From Octopus sinensis (lineage: Eukaryota), in the NCBI RefSeq assembly GCF_006345805.1, contig NC_043003.1, positions 49,228,001 through 49,292,000 on the forward strand: 64,000 nucleotides of DNA, read 5' to 3'. Below, one piece after another: positions 37,812 through 51,929 of this stretch. The notes beneath the pieces are model-generated. The model was not told where the DNA came from, made no database searches, and saw only the letters and a list, made by a program, of their open reading frames with translations. Position numbers and translations under genes: made by a program. Position 1 is the first letter of the stretch; the number at the start of each line of letters is the position of its first letter.

Positions 37812-38445
37812 TGGTATTTGTAAAAGCTTAAATCAATCACTGCAATTTCTAAGGAAAATAAAATAGTCTAATAATGAGGCATATAAGATCTCGACAGAAA
37901 AAACGTAAACTTTCCCATCCACGTGGGACTCGATCCCACATCCCTTTGTTAATGCGACTAAATGTTACTATAACACCAGTGAATTAGCCTCCCTGTTTCT
38001 GTTAAATTTAAGAACTATATCAGTTCGTATCACTAAAAGATTTAAGCTTATATAAATACCATCGTTATAATTTACAGGATTGTAAAATATGTTACCGTAT
38101 AACAAAGCCATTCGCACCGAAAGCTCATAGAAGTTCGTTAACAAAAAAAAACCCCCAAAAAACAACGAACTAATATAGTTATTAAATTCGACAGAAATAG
38201 CGAGACAAATTCTCTGGTGTAATGATAACATACTTAATCGCGTTAACAAAGGGATGTGGGTTCGAGTCCCATACGGATAGGGAAGATTACGTTTTTTCTG
38301 TCGAGGCTTTATATGCCCCATTATTAGACTATTTTCTTAGTAATTGCACTGTGATGGCTTGAAGATTATATAAATACCATTATTATTATTTACAGGATTG
38401 TAAAACTCGGCACCATATAACAAAACCATTCGCACCGAAAAGCAT
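37812..38445. mobile_element. Composite inverted/direct repeat with tRNA-like A/B boxes in both inverted arms
   Basis: 37812-38015 is inverted relative to 38183-38382; 38040-38125 is a direct repeat of 38360-38445. TGGTGTAATGAT at 38215 and GGTTCGAGTCC at 38259. Confidence 0.7.
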
Positions 38446-39085
38446 ATATATATTTGCCACATATATATGTGTGTCTGTCTGTGTATGTATTGATATATGG
38501 AAGCAGTTAAGCACATCACTGTGCTCTGTAAGGTTGGATCCCGTTGTTTGGCACTTTGGTTAAATGATTTTACCAAACCCTCGGATCAATGCAAAGCATA
38601 TAAGTGAAGCTAAATAGAGAGAATTTATGTAGAGGTATCTCGCTTGGACTATATTCATAATTCAAAGGTCCACTACTCACGAATTTTACTGGCGAATGAT
38701 GCTAAGATTACGCGTCACATGCAAATGTAATGAATAATTTGTCAATTGATCAAACAACTAAACGCTCAAACGTTGAAATCGACGAGAGAATCCATCACTT
38801 CGCAACACACACACATATACGTAGATGTGCAAACGATATATCTGTATATATGAGCCAATGATCGATAAAATTCGAAGTTATAGTCAAAATTTTATTTGTA
38901 AAAATAAACATGATACCCTACTTTAATCTTGTAAGGGTTCCTTTAACAAATGCTTGGCTATCTTTATTTATCAATGTGCATAAAAACAAAACAATAACAT
39001 TATGTCTGCCTGTTTCTCTCTTTATTTATCTATCTGTCTGTCTGTTTATCTATCTATCTATTCTTTTACTTATACATTTATAACA

Positions 39086-39760
39086 ATGAGCCAGAAGAAG
39101 CATTATCTATTCTACAAAACATGCTATTGTAAGAAGCATTCATATTGATACTTATTTTCTTCCTGTCTCGGTTTCATAAACATGTTAGGTTTGTATGTAT
39201 GAACACGATTCTCTTTCAAAAACTTTGCAAACACATTTTGGCTTTACATTTTAACATGCACGTACCTATAACCGGATATCTTTCAGTAGTTCTGAATATC
39301 AACATTTCTTCGTCTATGCAAAGCTGATAAAAAATTTTCGAACCAGCAAGGGAAATTTACAGTCTTAAGTATCACGTGTCTTTCTAATCCCACTGCATGT
39401 ATTAAATGAATATCTGCGGTTTAGAAATATCTTATGAATCAATAATAAACGCGAGTAACTTTACTAAGTTTTACAGAATACCTAACTCAAATGCTAATAC
39501 ACTACAAGGTTTCCTTATCACATAGCTATTATGTAAATCGTTTATAAACCTTAAAGTTTTATGATCGCTATCCATACACGATAGTGAAATATTATGTAGC
39601 CCTGTGTGCGAGTATCTACGAAGTCATGCGATATGGTAGAAGTATCAGCTGAATCATGCTCAAAACACACTTTAGTCTCTTTAAAACATTCGTGTACTTA
39701 TAACTGGTGATTATACTGGGTGCTTTTCTACTGTAGCACCAACACAAGAGATTCTGTGCA
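39086..39760 (+). pseudogene. Decayed ORF of unknown family, paralog of 42160-42900
   Basis: Starts ATGAGCCAG; alignable by eye to the reverse complement of 42900-42160; multiple stops and frameshifts. Confidence 0.45.
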
Positions 39761-40139
39761 CAGTTCACACATACACACACACACACACACACACGCATGA
39801 GGTCTAATATCGGGTGAATGGGAATGGAGTTCTCAACACATGTCGTAGAGGAAATACTTTGTTATTAAAAATGCAGCAGTGAGCTTGTCTCATGATTCAC
39901 ATTCCATATTAGTACACACCTGAAGATTGCAGCTGAATGAAACTCGATGCGCAAACTAACCTCTGTTCTTCAGTTTTAATGATAAAATAATATATACATG
40001 TCCTCACACACACACACATACACACACACACACGCGCACATACAGGTATATATACATACATTTATGCATATATAAAATATACAATATCACATTTCATGAA
40101 AGATAGAAAAGAACTATTATAATATTTCGCACATAAAAG

Positions 40140-40320
40140 GTCTAGTGGTAAAATTGTTACCGCGTCTGACAAAATGCTTGGCGTTATTTCTTTCGACCTT
40201 TTACGCCCCGAGTTCAAATTTCGCCGTAGTCGATTCTGCCTTTCGTCTTTTAGGGCTGGATAAAACAAATATCAGTCAAGTGCTGAGGTCGATGTAATTC
40301 ACGAACTCTTTCTCCTTAAA
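40140..40320 (+). mobile_element. SINE family A, diverged monomer
   Basis: GAGTTCAAATTTCGCCGTAGTCGATTCTGCCTTTCGTCTTTTAGGGCTGGATAAAAC. Confidence 0.6.
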
Positions 40321-40394
40321 ATTTCAAGCCTCGTGTCTACGAAACATAAGACTCATATTATTTCGCATTCGAATTAAAAAAAAAAATTTTTTTC

Positions 40395-40595
40395 TTTTAT
40401 TTGTTTCAATCGATTGACTGTGGCCATTCTGGAGCACCGCCTTTGATCGAACAAATCGACCCCACGACTTATTCTTTGTAAGCCTGGTACTTATTCTATC
40501 GGTCTCTTTTGCTGAATCGTTAAGTAACGGAGAGGTAAACACACCAACATCGGTTGTCAAGCGATGGAGGGGACAAACATAGACATAAAGACACA

Positions 40596-40641
<46 letters not shown>

Positions 40642-40770
40642 ACACATATATATATATATATACGATAGGCTTCTTTCAGTTTCCGTCTGCCAAGCCCACT
40701 CACAAGGCTTTGTGCCCAAGGTTTCACACAGTGGGACTGAACCCGGAACCATGTGGGTATGAAGCAAGCT
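40395..40770 (-). mobile_element. SINE family B
   Basis: Reverse complement of the family B consensus, including the internal microsatellite. Confidence 0.85.
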
Positions 40771-40894
40771 TGTTTATATTTTTGAAATATTCACATTATA
40801 CGTTCTATAAATCGGATTGTTAATGTTTATAATACTTGAATAGATCTCAAACATTACTGAAACTGAAAGTCTGTTTCACATAGATAATACCAGA

Positions 40895-41305
40895 AGGCAG
40901 AGCTGTGTGATTAAGAGGCTAACTTTGGAACCATGTGGTTTCTGGTTCAGTTCCACACAGCGGTGTTTTGGCAACTGTGAACTGCTATGGTCCCGGGCCT
41001 ACCAATACCGTGTGGTGAATCTGATAGACGAAAACTAAGCAGAAGCCCGATATATATATGCGCGCCTGTGGGTTTGTAAACGCGCGCGTGAATGAGTGTT
41101 GTAGGGATAGATGTGTGTCTTTTGTATTTGTATGTGCCACCCCTCACACTCACTCGACAAGCGGTGTTGGTTTGTTTACCTCCCTGTAACTTACCAGTTT
41201 GGTACCAGTCTTCAAAAATAAATATTGGTGTCGATTTATTCAACTAAATTCTTCAAGGCGGTGATCCAACATGGCGGCTGCCCAATGGCTGAATCATGTA
41301 AAAGA
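40895..41305 (+). mobile_element. SINE family B, old diverged copy
   Basis: Degenerate head GCTGTGTGATTAAG...GGTTCAGTTCCAC and tail AAGGCGGTGATCCAACATGGC. Confidence 0.7.
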
Positions 41306-41461
41306 AAAGGGGAAATATAAATATAAAGGCGAAACATTAAAAGGATAAATTATTTTCCATGATATTTGAAACTGAACTAATTTTGGGAAGATATTTTTAA
41401 GTGAAAACTTTTAATAATGTAACTAAGTCCATAGAATATTCATGTTCCATCCCCACTTCAG

Positions 41462-41562
41462 GATCACAAAATGTTTGTTTGATATGTCTGAGCAAATTAA
41501 CGTGAAAATGGCTCGAGAATATATCTCTTGGAAGATGATGCAGACTGGGCACTACTTTGGAG
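41462..41562 (+). CDS. Candidate internal exon (ITKCLFDMSEQINVKMAREYISWKMMQTGHYFG)
   Basis: TTCCATCCCCACTTCAG acceptor, one open frame, GAG|GTAGGT donor, phase 2/1. Confidence 0.5.
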
Positions 41563-42159
41563 GTAGGTAAAGTTTTGTATTTTCTATGCAAGCTGAGGAA
41601 CATTTTTGCTAACATTTTCTACCAACAACTTTGACAATAACCCCCAGAACAGTTTTTCAGTGGACCTACTGCACAAAATATAACGGTAGTATAGCAACAA
41701 AAATGGATTATTTTAAACAGCTCATGGTTCTAGTTATATAAAAGCTCTCTGTGCCTTACATAATACTCACCTACATAATTATCTATAAACGTCTATAGAT
41801 GGATACACACGTAAGCATATTCACACAAATGTATTATGCGAAAATATGATTCAATAATTAGAGAAAATCTCCAGACGGTGAATTATAGTAAAAACAAAAG
41901 GTAAAATGTAGTCAAATTTTTCTGCTGATAAAACTTATGAAATATAATATCTACATAATCAACCGGTTTCGATTATTTGAGCTATTCATGATTGGGCAAT
42001 TGGTGATGATGTTATAATTTCATGCATCTATAATGAATTGTTGTAATTCGATATTGGTAGGAGAGCAGATATTTGGTAAATAAATGAATAAATAAATCTT
42101 AGGGGATGTAATGGAATGAATCGATTAGATGAAAAACTTATCAATAACTTGTGAATGAA

Positions 42160-42900
42160 ATGAGATGGAAGCTGTGTAGAATCTCGTCGGATGGATCGTG
42201 TCGCTAATTCCGCTTAAGAATATCAATAAGACTTCCATAGCAATAGTTTTCATGGTTACTTCTAATAGAGCAGATCTATATATTTTGATCAATCTAATAA
42301 TGTAAAATAGCTTGTTTATTCCGGGGCTTTGCTTTCAGAGCTTTACTCATAGTTGCTTTTAAATTACCATTCGAGGTCATTGAGTGATATGCCTCTTTTT
42401 CATAAGCGTGTACTGTTAAAGTTCATAAAACGTTTGGGTTTATAAAGGTCCATATAAAAATGTGATGATAAGAATAACAAATACCGTGCAAACTGTTGGA
42501 TAAAATATTTTGTTAAACAGCGACGTTACTTCTTGATTTGTAATATTTAATCGAACACTTCTGAACTGCAGTAATTCATTTAATACATGCTTTGATATTT
42601 GAAAGATACGTGATAGTTGAATTGTAAATTTCTCTTGTTGAGTAGAAAAAACTTCTTTTGGTTCCACATAAACGAAGAAATGTCGATATTCAGAAGCCGC
42701 TCATATGAAACTTGTTATAGGAAACTGCATGCTAAAAGCTAAAGTCAAAACATGTTCGCAAAATTTTGGAAAATAACGAAGTCATATTAAGGCAAACATA
42801 ATAACACATTTGTGAAATCTAGACATATAAAATAAGTATCCATATTGATGCATCTTACAGTAGCATGTTTGATAATTAGATCATGTTTGTTCTGACTCAT
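42160..42900 (-). pseudogene. Decayed ORF of unknown, possibly membrane-protein, family; paralog of 39086-39760
   Basis: ATG at 42900; MSQNKHDLIIKHATVRCINMDTYF...SEYRHFFVY...SRIFQISKHVLNELLQFR...hydrophobic FYPTVCTVFVILIITFLYG; internal stops. Confidence 0.45.
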
Positions 42901-42922
42901 TGGCATACATATAAAACAGAGA

Positions 42923-42979
<57 letters not shown>

Positions 42980-43329
42980 CATACATATGTATATGTACAT
43001 ACACATACACAAACATAGGTATGTTCAGATATATGAATACATGTATGTATACTTGTATGTATGTATGTATGCATTTATGTATGTATGTATGTATGTATGT
43101 ATGTATGAATGTATGTATGTATGTATGTATGTATGTATGTATGTATGTATGTATGTATGTATGTATGTATGTATGCATGTATGTATGCTTGTGTATTTAT
43201 GTATTCACAGATAGCACACACTGTAGCAGTTGAGGTTTCCTTGGATCCGAATATGCACAAAATACTTTTTAGTATAACACAAATGACTTGTAGCAAATTT
43301 TTTATCTAGTGATTTTTGTAATTGTATTT

Positions 43330-43680
<351 letters not shown>

Positions 43681-44504
43681 TCACACATATGTACGTATAT
43701 CTACTTAGGTGTATAATACAATTGTTCATATGCAGATTACTGCTAGTGTCATGTAAGTAAACAGTGATTGGTGGGCTTCGAGAAAAATCCTACAATCATC
43801 GAACCTGTCTAAGGAAACGAATTGTCTAATATAATTTCTTTATAATGATAGGTTTTAAAAACAGAATGAGGTCAAGTTTATTTCAATCTAAGAAGCGGAT
43901 GAGCCTTTCAACAACACAGACATGATATTTTATATGCATCGTTTTTAAATACAGCGATGACGAAATAAACACATTTAAAAGTAGAATTGGGGAGGCTACT
44001 TCAGAGTGTATGACTCATTGTTCCATTTAATTGAAAAGGGATGACAGCCAAGCTGAAACGTTCAAATTAAACTATGAAACTGGAGCTACCGTAGTATTCG
44101 TTACATAGATATATTTTTTATTGCTTCTTTCTCCATTAAAAATAGATTTTACAGAACGGCGAGATTGCTGTAGTTTTAGATATGTAGATATATTTTGAAT
44201 GCTTCCATTTTCCATTATAATTAAATTTATCATTCATTTTACATTGAACAGAAAGGTCGTTGTAGAATGGTTACACACATACGTTTTAATTGCTTCCTTG
44301 TCCATTATAATTAGATTGTTATCGTCACTGTCAATATTTTTATTTTCTTTGCGCTCGATTTTTATCCTTATTGCGGATATGACTGCTAATATCATTGTTC
44401 TTATCAACGCTGCTGTTATTTTATTTTACTCCATTCTGTTATTTTAGTATATTTATTTTCAGACAGCTTCGGAACTCTCCTGTAGCTAATTCATATTTGT
44501 CCAT

Positions 44505-44880
44505 CTTCCGTTTGTTTCAGCCATTGGACAGCCCCCATGCTGAAAGGTGTAGTCGAAATGAACTGGTCCCAGTACTTATTTTGAAGTAAGGTATTTATTC
44601 TATCAGTCACTTTTACCGGACGACAAAGTTACGGGGACGTAAACAAGCCAACACTAGTTGTCAAGCGGGAGAGGGACAAACACAAAGATATGCACACACG
44701 CAAGCGCGCACACACACATATGCACGATAGGCTTCCACAGAGTTTCCAGGCCCCAAATTCCATCGCAAGGCATTATTCGGTCCCAGGATATAGTAGAAGA
44801 TACTCACCCAAGGTGCCGCGCAATAGGACCGAACCTGAAACCACCAGGCTGCAAAGCGAGCTCCTTAACCATGTCTGCGT
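44505..44880 (-). mobile_element. SINE family B, diverged
   Basis: Reverse complement of the family B head and body. Confidence 0.75.
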
Positions 44881-44984
44881 CTAGTTTATATATATTTTTT
44901 GAAGGCCTATGTCTTGCGGTCTCTGAATGCTGATATGTACTCCGCAATATTAGGGTTAAGCATGTACATTAATACAACTTAAAC

Positions 44985-45375
44985 AAGGAGTGGCTGTGTG
45001 GTAAGTAGCTTGCTTACAACCACATGGTTCCGGGTTCAGTCCCACTGCGTGGCACCTTGGGCAAGTGTCTTCTACTATAGCCTCGGGCCGAGCAAAGCTT
45101 TGTGAGTGGATTTAGTAGACGGAAACTGAAAGAAGCCCGTCGTATATATGTATATATAGCTATATATGTGTGTGTGTGTTTGTGTGTCTATGTTTGTCCC
45201 CCAACATCGCTTGACAACCGATGCTGGTGTGTTTACGTTCCCGTAACTTAGCGGTTCGGCAAAAAAACCGATAGAATAAGTACTAGGCTTACAAAGAATA
45301 AGTCCTGGGGTCGATTTCCTCGACTAAAGGCGGTGCTCCAGCATGGCCGCAGTCAAATGACTGAAACAAGTAAAA
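44985..45375 (+). mobile_element. SINE family B, near-complete
   Basis: GGAGTGGCTGTGTGGTAAG...AAAGGCGGTGCTCCAGCATGGCCGCAGTCAAATGACTGAAACAAGTAAAAG. Confidence 0.9.
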
Positions 45376-45599
45376 GTGTAAAAAAAAAAATACTTAATGC
45401 CACTTTGTTTTCGTTTTTGGTCTCTGCTGTTCGGATTTTGGTCCTACATAACTGTTCTGTTTCCCCCACTTCAATGGATGTGGATTGAAACGATTCAGTT
45501 CATTTAGTTATAAAAAATGACACACTATAAAGTAGAATGGTTTATTTCATCAGCATAAGTCCGAATAATTAATCCTGCCGTCTTGTAATATCGTTTCAA

Positions 45600-45810
45600 A
45601 ATTTTGGCACAAGGCCAGCAATTTCGAGGCAGAGGGCAGGTCGATTGCACCGACTCCGGTGCTCAACTTCTACTTATTTCATCGACTCCGAAAGGATGAA
45701 AGGCAAAGTCGACCTTGGCGGAATTTTAAATCAGAATGTAAAAACCGACGAAGTGCCGCTTAGTGTTTTACACGGCGTGCTAACGATTCTGGCAGCTTGC
45801 CGACTTCTGA
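45600..45810 (-). mobile_element. SINE family A monomer; further partial copy at ~45850-45965
   Basis: CGACTCCGAAAGGATGAAAGGCAAAGTCGACC on the + strand. Confidence 0.75.
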
Positions 45811-46639
45811 CGTCTTGTAATATTGATTTGAAATGTTGTTATATCGATCCTAGTAACAACTGGTACTTATTTTATTGACCCCGAAAGTGATGTAAGGCAA
45901 ATTCGACCTTGGCGGAATTTGAATTCACAAAGTAAGGGCGGATGAATGCTAGCTTACCGCCTTCTGTCGCCTCGGAATATTGAGTATCAGAAGAAATTGT
46001 ACGAACAGGATGAATCAAGGCCTTATTAAGCCCACCAAACTTTCTGACTTAATTAAATACCAAGGAAGGATGGTGCAATTATTTCTGTTTTTGTTGTTGT
46101 TTTGTTGCTTAGGTCCAGGTCAAACTCTGGTTTTGCAGGTCTATGAATAAAAGTAACCCAACAATGATCGTATAGTCTTTTTTAGTATTATGTAATACTC
46201 CAGTATCCGATATACCATATTTTAAAACGGTAGTGTGTGACATGAGTGTGATTTGGCAACTATTTTTAGAAGGATGAATGACCTCATAGATATTCCATCG
46301 ATGGTGAGATGATGGCGAAATTCATTGTTTTGGGTGGCAGAAATCTTATATTTTAACTGAGTTCCATCTTTGGTTTAGAGCTCTGTGTGAAAGCAACATA
46401 GCATCAATTCGGAACACAAAGCAACAGGAGTCGCTCAAGTTCGCGCTTATAACAGCTAATATGATGTACGTTAACATATTAACATCGCAACAAAATTCAG
46501 ATTTTGTTTTTCAATGCCAAATAAATATCTCTCCCTTTCTCTTTAGACCCACTAATAACTACCACTAACGTTTTATTTTCTCTTACTCCACTCAGAAGGA
46601 AAATCGGTTTTGTAGTTTTCCATACATCACCTTTTAACT

Positions 46640-46685
46640 TAATTCGTTACAGCGATTTCTGTTTCAGTTACCATCAATACCCACG

Positions 46686-46726
<41 letters not shown>

Positions 46727-47165
46727 GCTACTGCTACTACAAGTACTACTACTACCACCACCACCACCATCACCATCACCACCACCACCACCACCACCAC
46801 CACCACTACTACAACTACCACCACCGCAACCACCACTACTAAAACTACCACCACCACCACTACTACAACCACCACCAACATCACTACTACTACTACTACT
46901 ACTAGTAGTAGTAATAGTAGTAGTAGCACCACCACAACCACTACTACTGCTACAACTACTACTACAAGTACTACCTCTACCACCATCACCGCCACCATCA
47001 CCATCACCACCGCCAGCACCACCAGCACAACCAGCACCAACACCAGCACCAGCAGCACCACCATCATCATCAACACAACAACCATTACTACAAGTACAAG
47101 TACTACTTCTACCACCACCATCAGCACCACCAGCATCACCACTACCGCCACTACTACTACTACTG

Positions 47166-47198
<33 letters not shown>

Positions 47199-47280
47199 TT
47201 AGTACTGCTGCTGATATCGCTGTTGCTGTGTGATTCAATCGCCATCAACACAGCGCCAACATTACACCCAATAACCACTT
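46640..47280. repeat. Mosaic trinucleotide repeat (CTA/CCA/GCA)
   Basis: Directly visible. Confidence 0.95.
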
Positions 47281-47830
47281 TTACTACCTACTAAACTGCG
47301 AATATGGATCTGGAACGATGCCAAAATCGTAACCTGTTCAGCATTAATAGTTCTTTCTGGTTGTCAATATTAAAGAAACCTCTGGTAATATCAGGGCGAC
47401 CATTTCGGGAAAGTTCTCCATAAACAATGTACGGATGACTATAAGGAAAAGAAATTTCGACAGCACTTCTTGGTTTCGATGTTTGCTTTGCATTCAGTCT
47501 CTCTAAACTAGATTTTCGTAATCTTCATATTCTTACTCTCTATGTGCATGGACAGTTATGTATGTAGTCAGCAGATGAGATCCAGAGACTCTCAGTATAG
47601 AAGACACTTAGTAGCTCTCAAAAGGTTCAAACTTAAGCTCCAATGTCTTTACAGGGGATCAATTCGGCGGAGTAAAGAATGGCTATAAGAGGGATCAAGT
47701 TGAGCAAATATGGAAGCAATTATGAAGATAAACAAATTAAATATATCAAATATAACAACTTGGATATAAAATACAATATATTATATAGATACAATATATA
47801 TACATATACATATATATATATATATATATA

Positions 47831-47866
<36 letters not shown>

Positions 47867-47960
47867 TTATTTATTTATTATTATTTATTTATTCCTGCTC
47901 TATAGAACAATATCGAATATGTTGCGTTTTCATCGGTTTGTTGCTTGTTTTTCCTACCAG

Positions 47961-48088
47961 CATTCCTTATTTTTAACGATGAGAATACGCTCTTGTCCTG
48001 GTGTGCCTTTGGTATGACCATCACGACAATCATTCCTGCAGATATCATGATAGATAATTTCGACAGCAATGTCACATTTCATGGGAAG
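47961..48088 (+). CDS. Candidate internal exon (A-FLIFNDENTLLSWCAFGMTITTIIPADIMIDNFDSNVTFHGK)
   Basis: TTGCTTGTTTTTCCTACCAG acceptor, 128-nt open frame, AAG|GTAGCT donor; phase 1/0 is compatible with 41462-41562. Confidence 0.5.
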
Positions 48089-49732
48089 GTAGCTTGTAGA
48101 CATTTTTTGGCCAGTTGTTGAAGTTGTGGATAATATTTAACTATGTTAAAATTGTCGTTTTCTATTTCAAAATCTATCAGATACTAAGTAACTCTCTCTC
48201 TCTCCTGTTTCTGTATATCGAAGGCGCATCCTTCTAGATTGAAAGGGATGAAACTATCAAAATCCCAAGAGAGGAAATACTTCCTACTAATGTTACTGCT
48301 ATATGGATTGTATAATCGTGGAATATGTACCCATGCATAACTTTATGCAGATATGCTGTTTCTCCTTAACTTTCCCTTTCAGTAAGTGAACCCTGCTAAC
48401 CAATGTTCAAATGATACAGCTATACACTTAGAATGTCTATTCGCTTCTTCACTAAGAAGTCACTATATTCACTGTTGAGTACATAAGTGGACCACTTGTA
48501 GTTCGATAGATTTGTCCGATGCCTGTAACGTATACGAATGAGCGTGTAAGTGTATACATATAAACACATTTGGTTATACAGACACACACACACACTCACG
48601 TATGCATGTATGCTTTATAATCTAAGCACCGTTAGATGGGTCTCTATCTGTGACCGAATTGCAAAGATAATCTCACTTTTTCGACGACTCATCAGTCTAG
48701 TCTCTACATGTATACATAATTGAGATTTACATGTATACGCATCTATGTATTCTGGCACATTTTTATCTTCATTTGTTTCTAAGTCACTTTATTATCGTCA
48801 AAATGATGATGGTGAAAATCAGCATCATTATCACTGCTTCCCCCTCCTCCTCCTCCTCCTCCTCCTTCCTCCTCCTCCTCCTCTTTCGCTTCGATTTTTC
48901 AGTATTCCTGCGAATTTTACTTATGGTAAGCAACCTAAAGTTATTTACCATAAGCGAACTTGTTTCATCCTTGCATTTTACAAGTTTGTAAGTCTGTAAT
49001 TTTCCCAAATGATTTGCGGTCTGTTGTTCATAATACCATTACGACAAAGATTTTAAGTTTTAGTAAGATATTAGCATCCCGCTTTGAATTCTACTACCAA
49101 GTACGGCTCTCTGCATTTGATTCAATTTTTATAGCTAACCTCTATTTATGCCGATCGATCCTGGCCAATTTTTTCTTTGTTCTTTTTAACGATTGCTATT
49201 TGCAATTTGAATGTGTTTTATATACATTGTATCAAGGACACTAATACAGAAAATGTGATTAACATTATGATAAAGAAAACTTGAATACCGTCTCATATGA
49301 TATTTTTAATAATATATTTATACATAGCTCGTCGATGATTCTAGTAACGAGGGTACTTGACAAACAACGGAGACGTTGGTGGAATTCGTGACCAATGCAA
49401 TTACGTCTTTTGTGTTACAATCAACTGAGTTGGGAATAAAATATGAATGCGACACTGGAAGCCCACGGAACACTTCTGACTTAAACACTCATCGTGTATC
49501 TAACTCAAGTTACTTTTACCCATGCATAGAGATGCGCCGAAACAAAGACCATCATCAGTAGTGTGAAAGGGATTATACCTCTACCATCTTAATGGTCTAC
49601 TGTGAACTCCACTCATACGCATACGTACATTCATGCACACATAATACGTTCATATATACATGTACACACACACACACATTGTCACACTCATATATATATA
49701 TTATATATATATATATTATAATAGATATTTAG

Positions 49733-49892
49733 ATAGGCGCAGGTGTGGTTGTGTGGTAAGGAGTTTGCTTCCCGACCACATGGTTCCGAGTTCAGTCCCA
49801 CTGCGTGGCATCTTGGGAAAGTGTCTTCCGTCATAACCTCGGTCCGACCAAAGCCTTATGAGTGAAATTGGTAGACAGAAACTGAAAGAATA

Positions 49893-49926
<34 letters not shown>

Positions 49927-50115
49927 TGCCTTTGTGTTTGTATTTGTCTCCCACCACTGCTTGACAACCGATGTTGGTGTGTTTACGTCCCCGTAACTTA
50001 ACGGTTCGGCCAAAGATATCGGTAGAATAAATACCACACTTTACAATTCATTCTAAAATTTCTTGAATGCGGTGCTCCAGTATAGTCGCAGTCTAATGAC
50101 TGAAACAAGTAAAAG
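49733..50115 (+). mobile_element. SINE family B
   Basis: AGGCGCAGGTGTGGTTGTGTGGTAAG head; full body and tail. Confidence 0.85.
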
Positions 50116-50299
50116 GCATATAACCTTCAATATAATGTCAATTCTTACGATTATGTTAATTCTACTAAATTGTAAATGTCAATGACTAAAAAATAAACAT
50201 TGGCAACGGACGGCATACTAATATTGAACAGCAATTATTATATCCTACTAAACGTGAATGTATTGCTAGAGCAGCGTATACTGCAGTATTGGCATTTAG

Positions 50300-50620
50300 A
50301 GGTTCTCTTATATAGACGTACGAGCACAAAAATGTATCGTAGCTGACAAGAGCAGTCTGGTATGGGCGCCGGAATAGCCATGCCTTTTGATATTAACATT
50401 GCTTGCGTTGCACCAAAGAATGAAAAGTTACTGTTATTCCTTATATCGTTGGCAGTGACATTTGGCTGGTATACGGGGCAGGACAGCTGCCACTGAGGAA
50501 GTGTAGTACTCTGAAATCACGCGATGTAGCAATTCCGGCGTCCATATCTGACGGCTCCCGTCTGCTACGATACATGTCTGTGCTCTTAGCACCATACGTC
50601 TATGCAAGAGGGCTTCTGAA
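50300..50620. mobile_element. Diverged fold-back MITE
   Basis: ATAGACGTA...ATGTATCGTAGC...GGCGCCGGAAT is inverted relative to ATTCCGGCGTCC...GCTACGATACAT...TACGTCTAT. Confidence 0.6.
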
Positions 50621-51461
50621 GGCGTTTCCGCTGTATTCGGCGCTTAAATAATACATTTAAAACATTGAGAAGTGTAAAAATTAATCTCTAACATGTATAT
50701 GGAAAGCCACAAATATTTATGTGAGAGATATATAATTGATTTAAAAGACTGCAGTACTTATATTATCGAAGCCGTAGTGATGAAAAATAAAGTCGGAGTA
50801 GGCGACGTGTAAATGCAGACAGCAAAGATGTAACTAAATTCAACAATGTTCCGTCCACCGTTCAACCGATACCACCAGCCCACCATATCCTTTATAAAGT
50901 AACATAATGTTTCTAAATATAACAAAAATCTAACCAGAGCACTATCCCTATCCAAAACACAAGTTTACTTTACAACCTGCTCGTTCATATCTTACCATTA
51001 GACTTTATAAGAAGAGCGATAAAACAGACATCCATTATTCATTTTCTTCATATATCCGTACCGCTCTACTTACTGCTGGTATTAGAAATTACGAGCTTTA
51101 ATAATAGAAAAAATGACTGCCTTAGCTCCATGAACATTTATCATACATAGTAATACAGTTTTAAATCGATAATATAGGATTTCGGTGCATATCAAGCGTA
51201 TCCTAATCTTTTTGTTTTTAACAGGCTATTTATTTGCCAATATGTCTCTCAGAACATGTTGGTTATTGATGTTTTCTCCCATAAAAATGTCTTAACTTTT
51301 TTTTTGTTCACTTTTTAAAAATATTAACATGAATCCCTAGATGTAGGGCGTAAAGCAGTTTCAAAACACAGAAATTGCATGTATTCCTACACCCCCAAAC
51401 GTCCACCCAAACACACCTACCCACTCATGCGACGATACACTGGCACACAACCACGCACATC

Positions 51462-51507
<46 letters not shown>

Positions 51508-51522
51508 ATATATATATATATA

Positions 51523-51563
<41 letters not shown>

Positions 51564-51661
51564 GTGAATGTGTGTATATCTATCTATCTATATATGGTAT
51601 AATATGTATGTAGTATATATATATATATATATATACATCATTACATACATACATACATATA

Positions 51662-51739
<78 letters not shown>

Positions 51740-51929
51740 TTCTTGACAACCTAATATATACATATATATGCAACATATTTTATAATTATATACATAATTA
51801 TAACAAGGGGTCGGCTTTATGCCTCACCACGCACCATAAGAAATAGACGCTAGAGCTTTTTTTACTACCATAAAATCTCCTAGAATAACTCATTTTAGGC
51901 AAGCAAAGGAAAAATATTGAATCAATAAG

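Noticed and set aside
48224-48340. Possible next or terminal exon after 48088
   Set aside because: Two alternative acceptors give different short peptides and nothing favours either.
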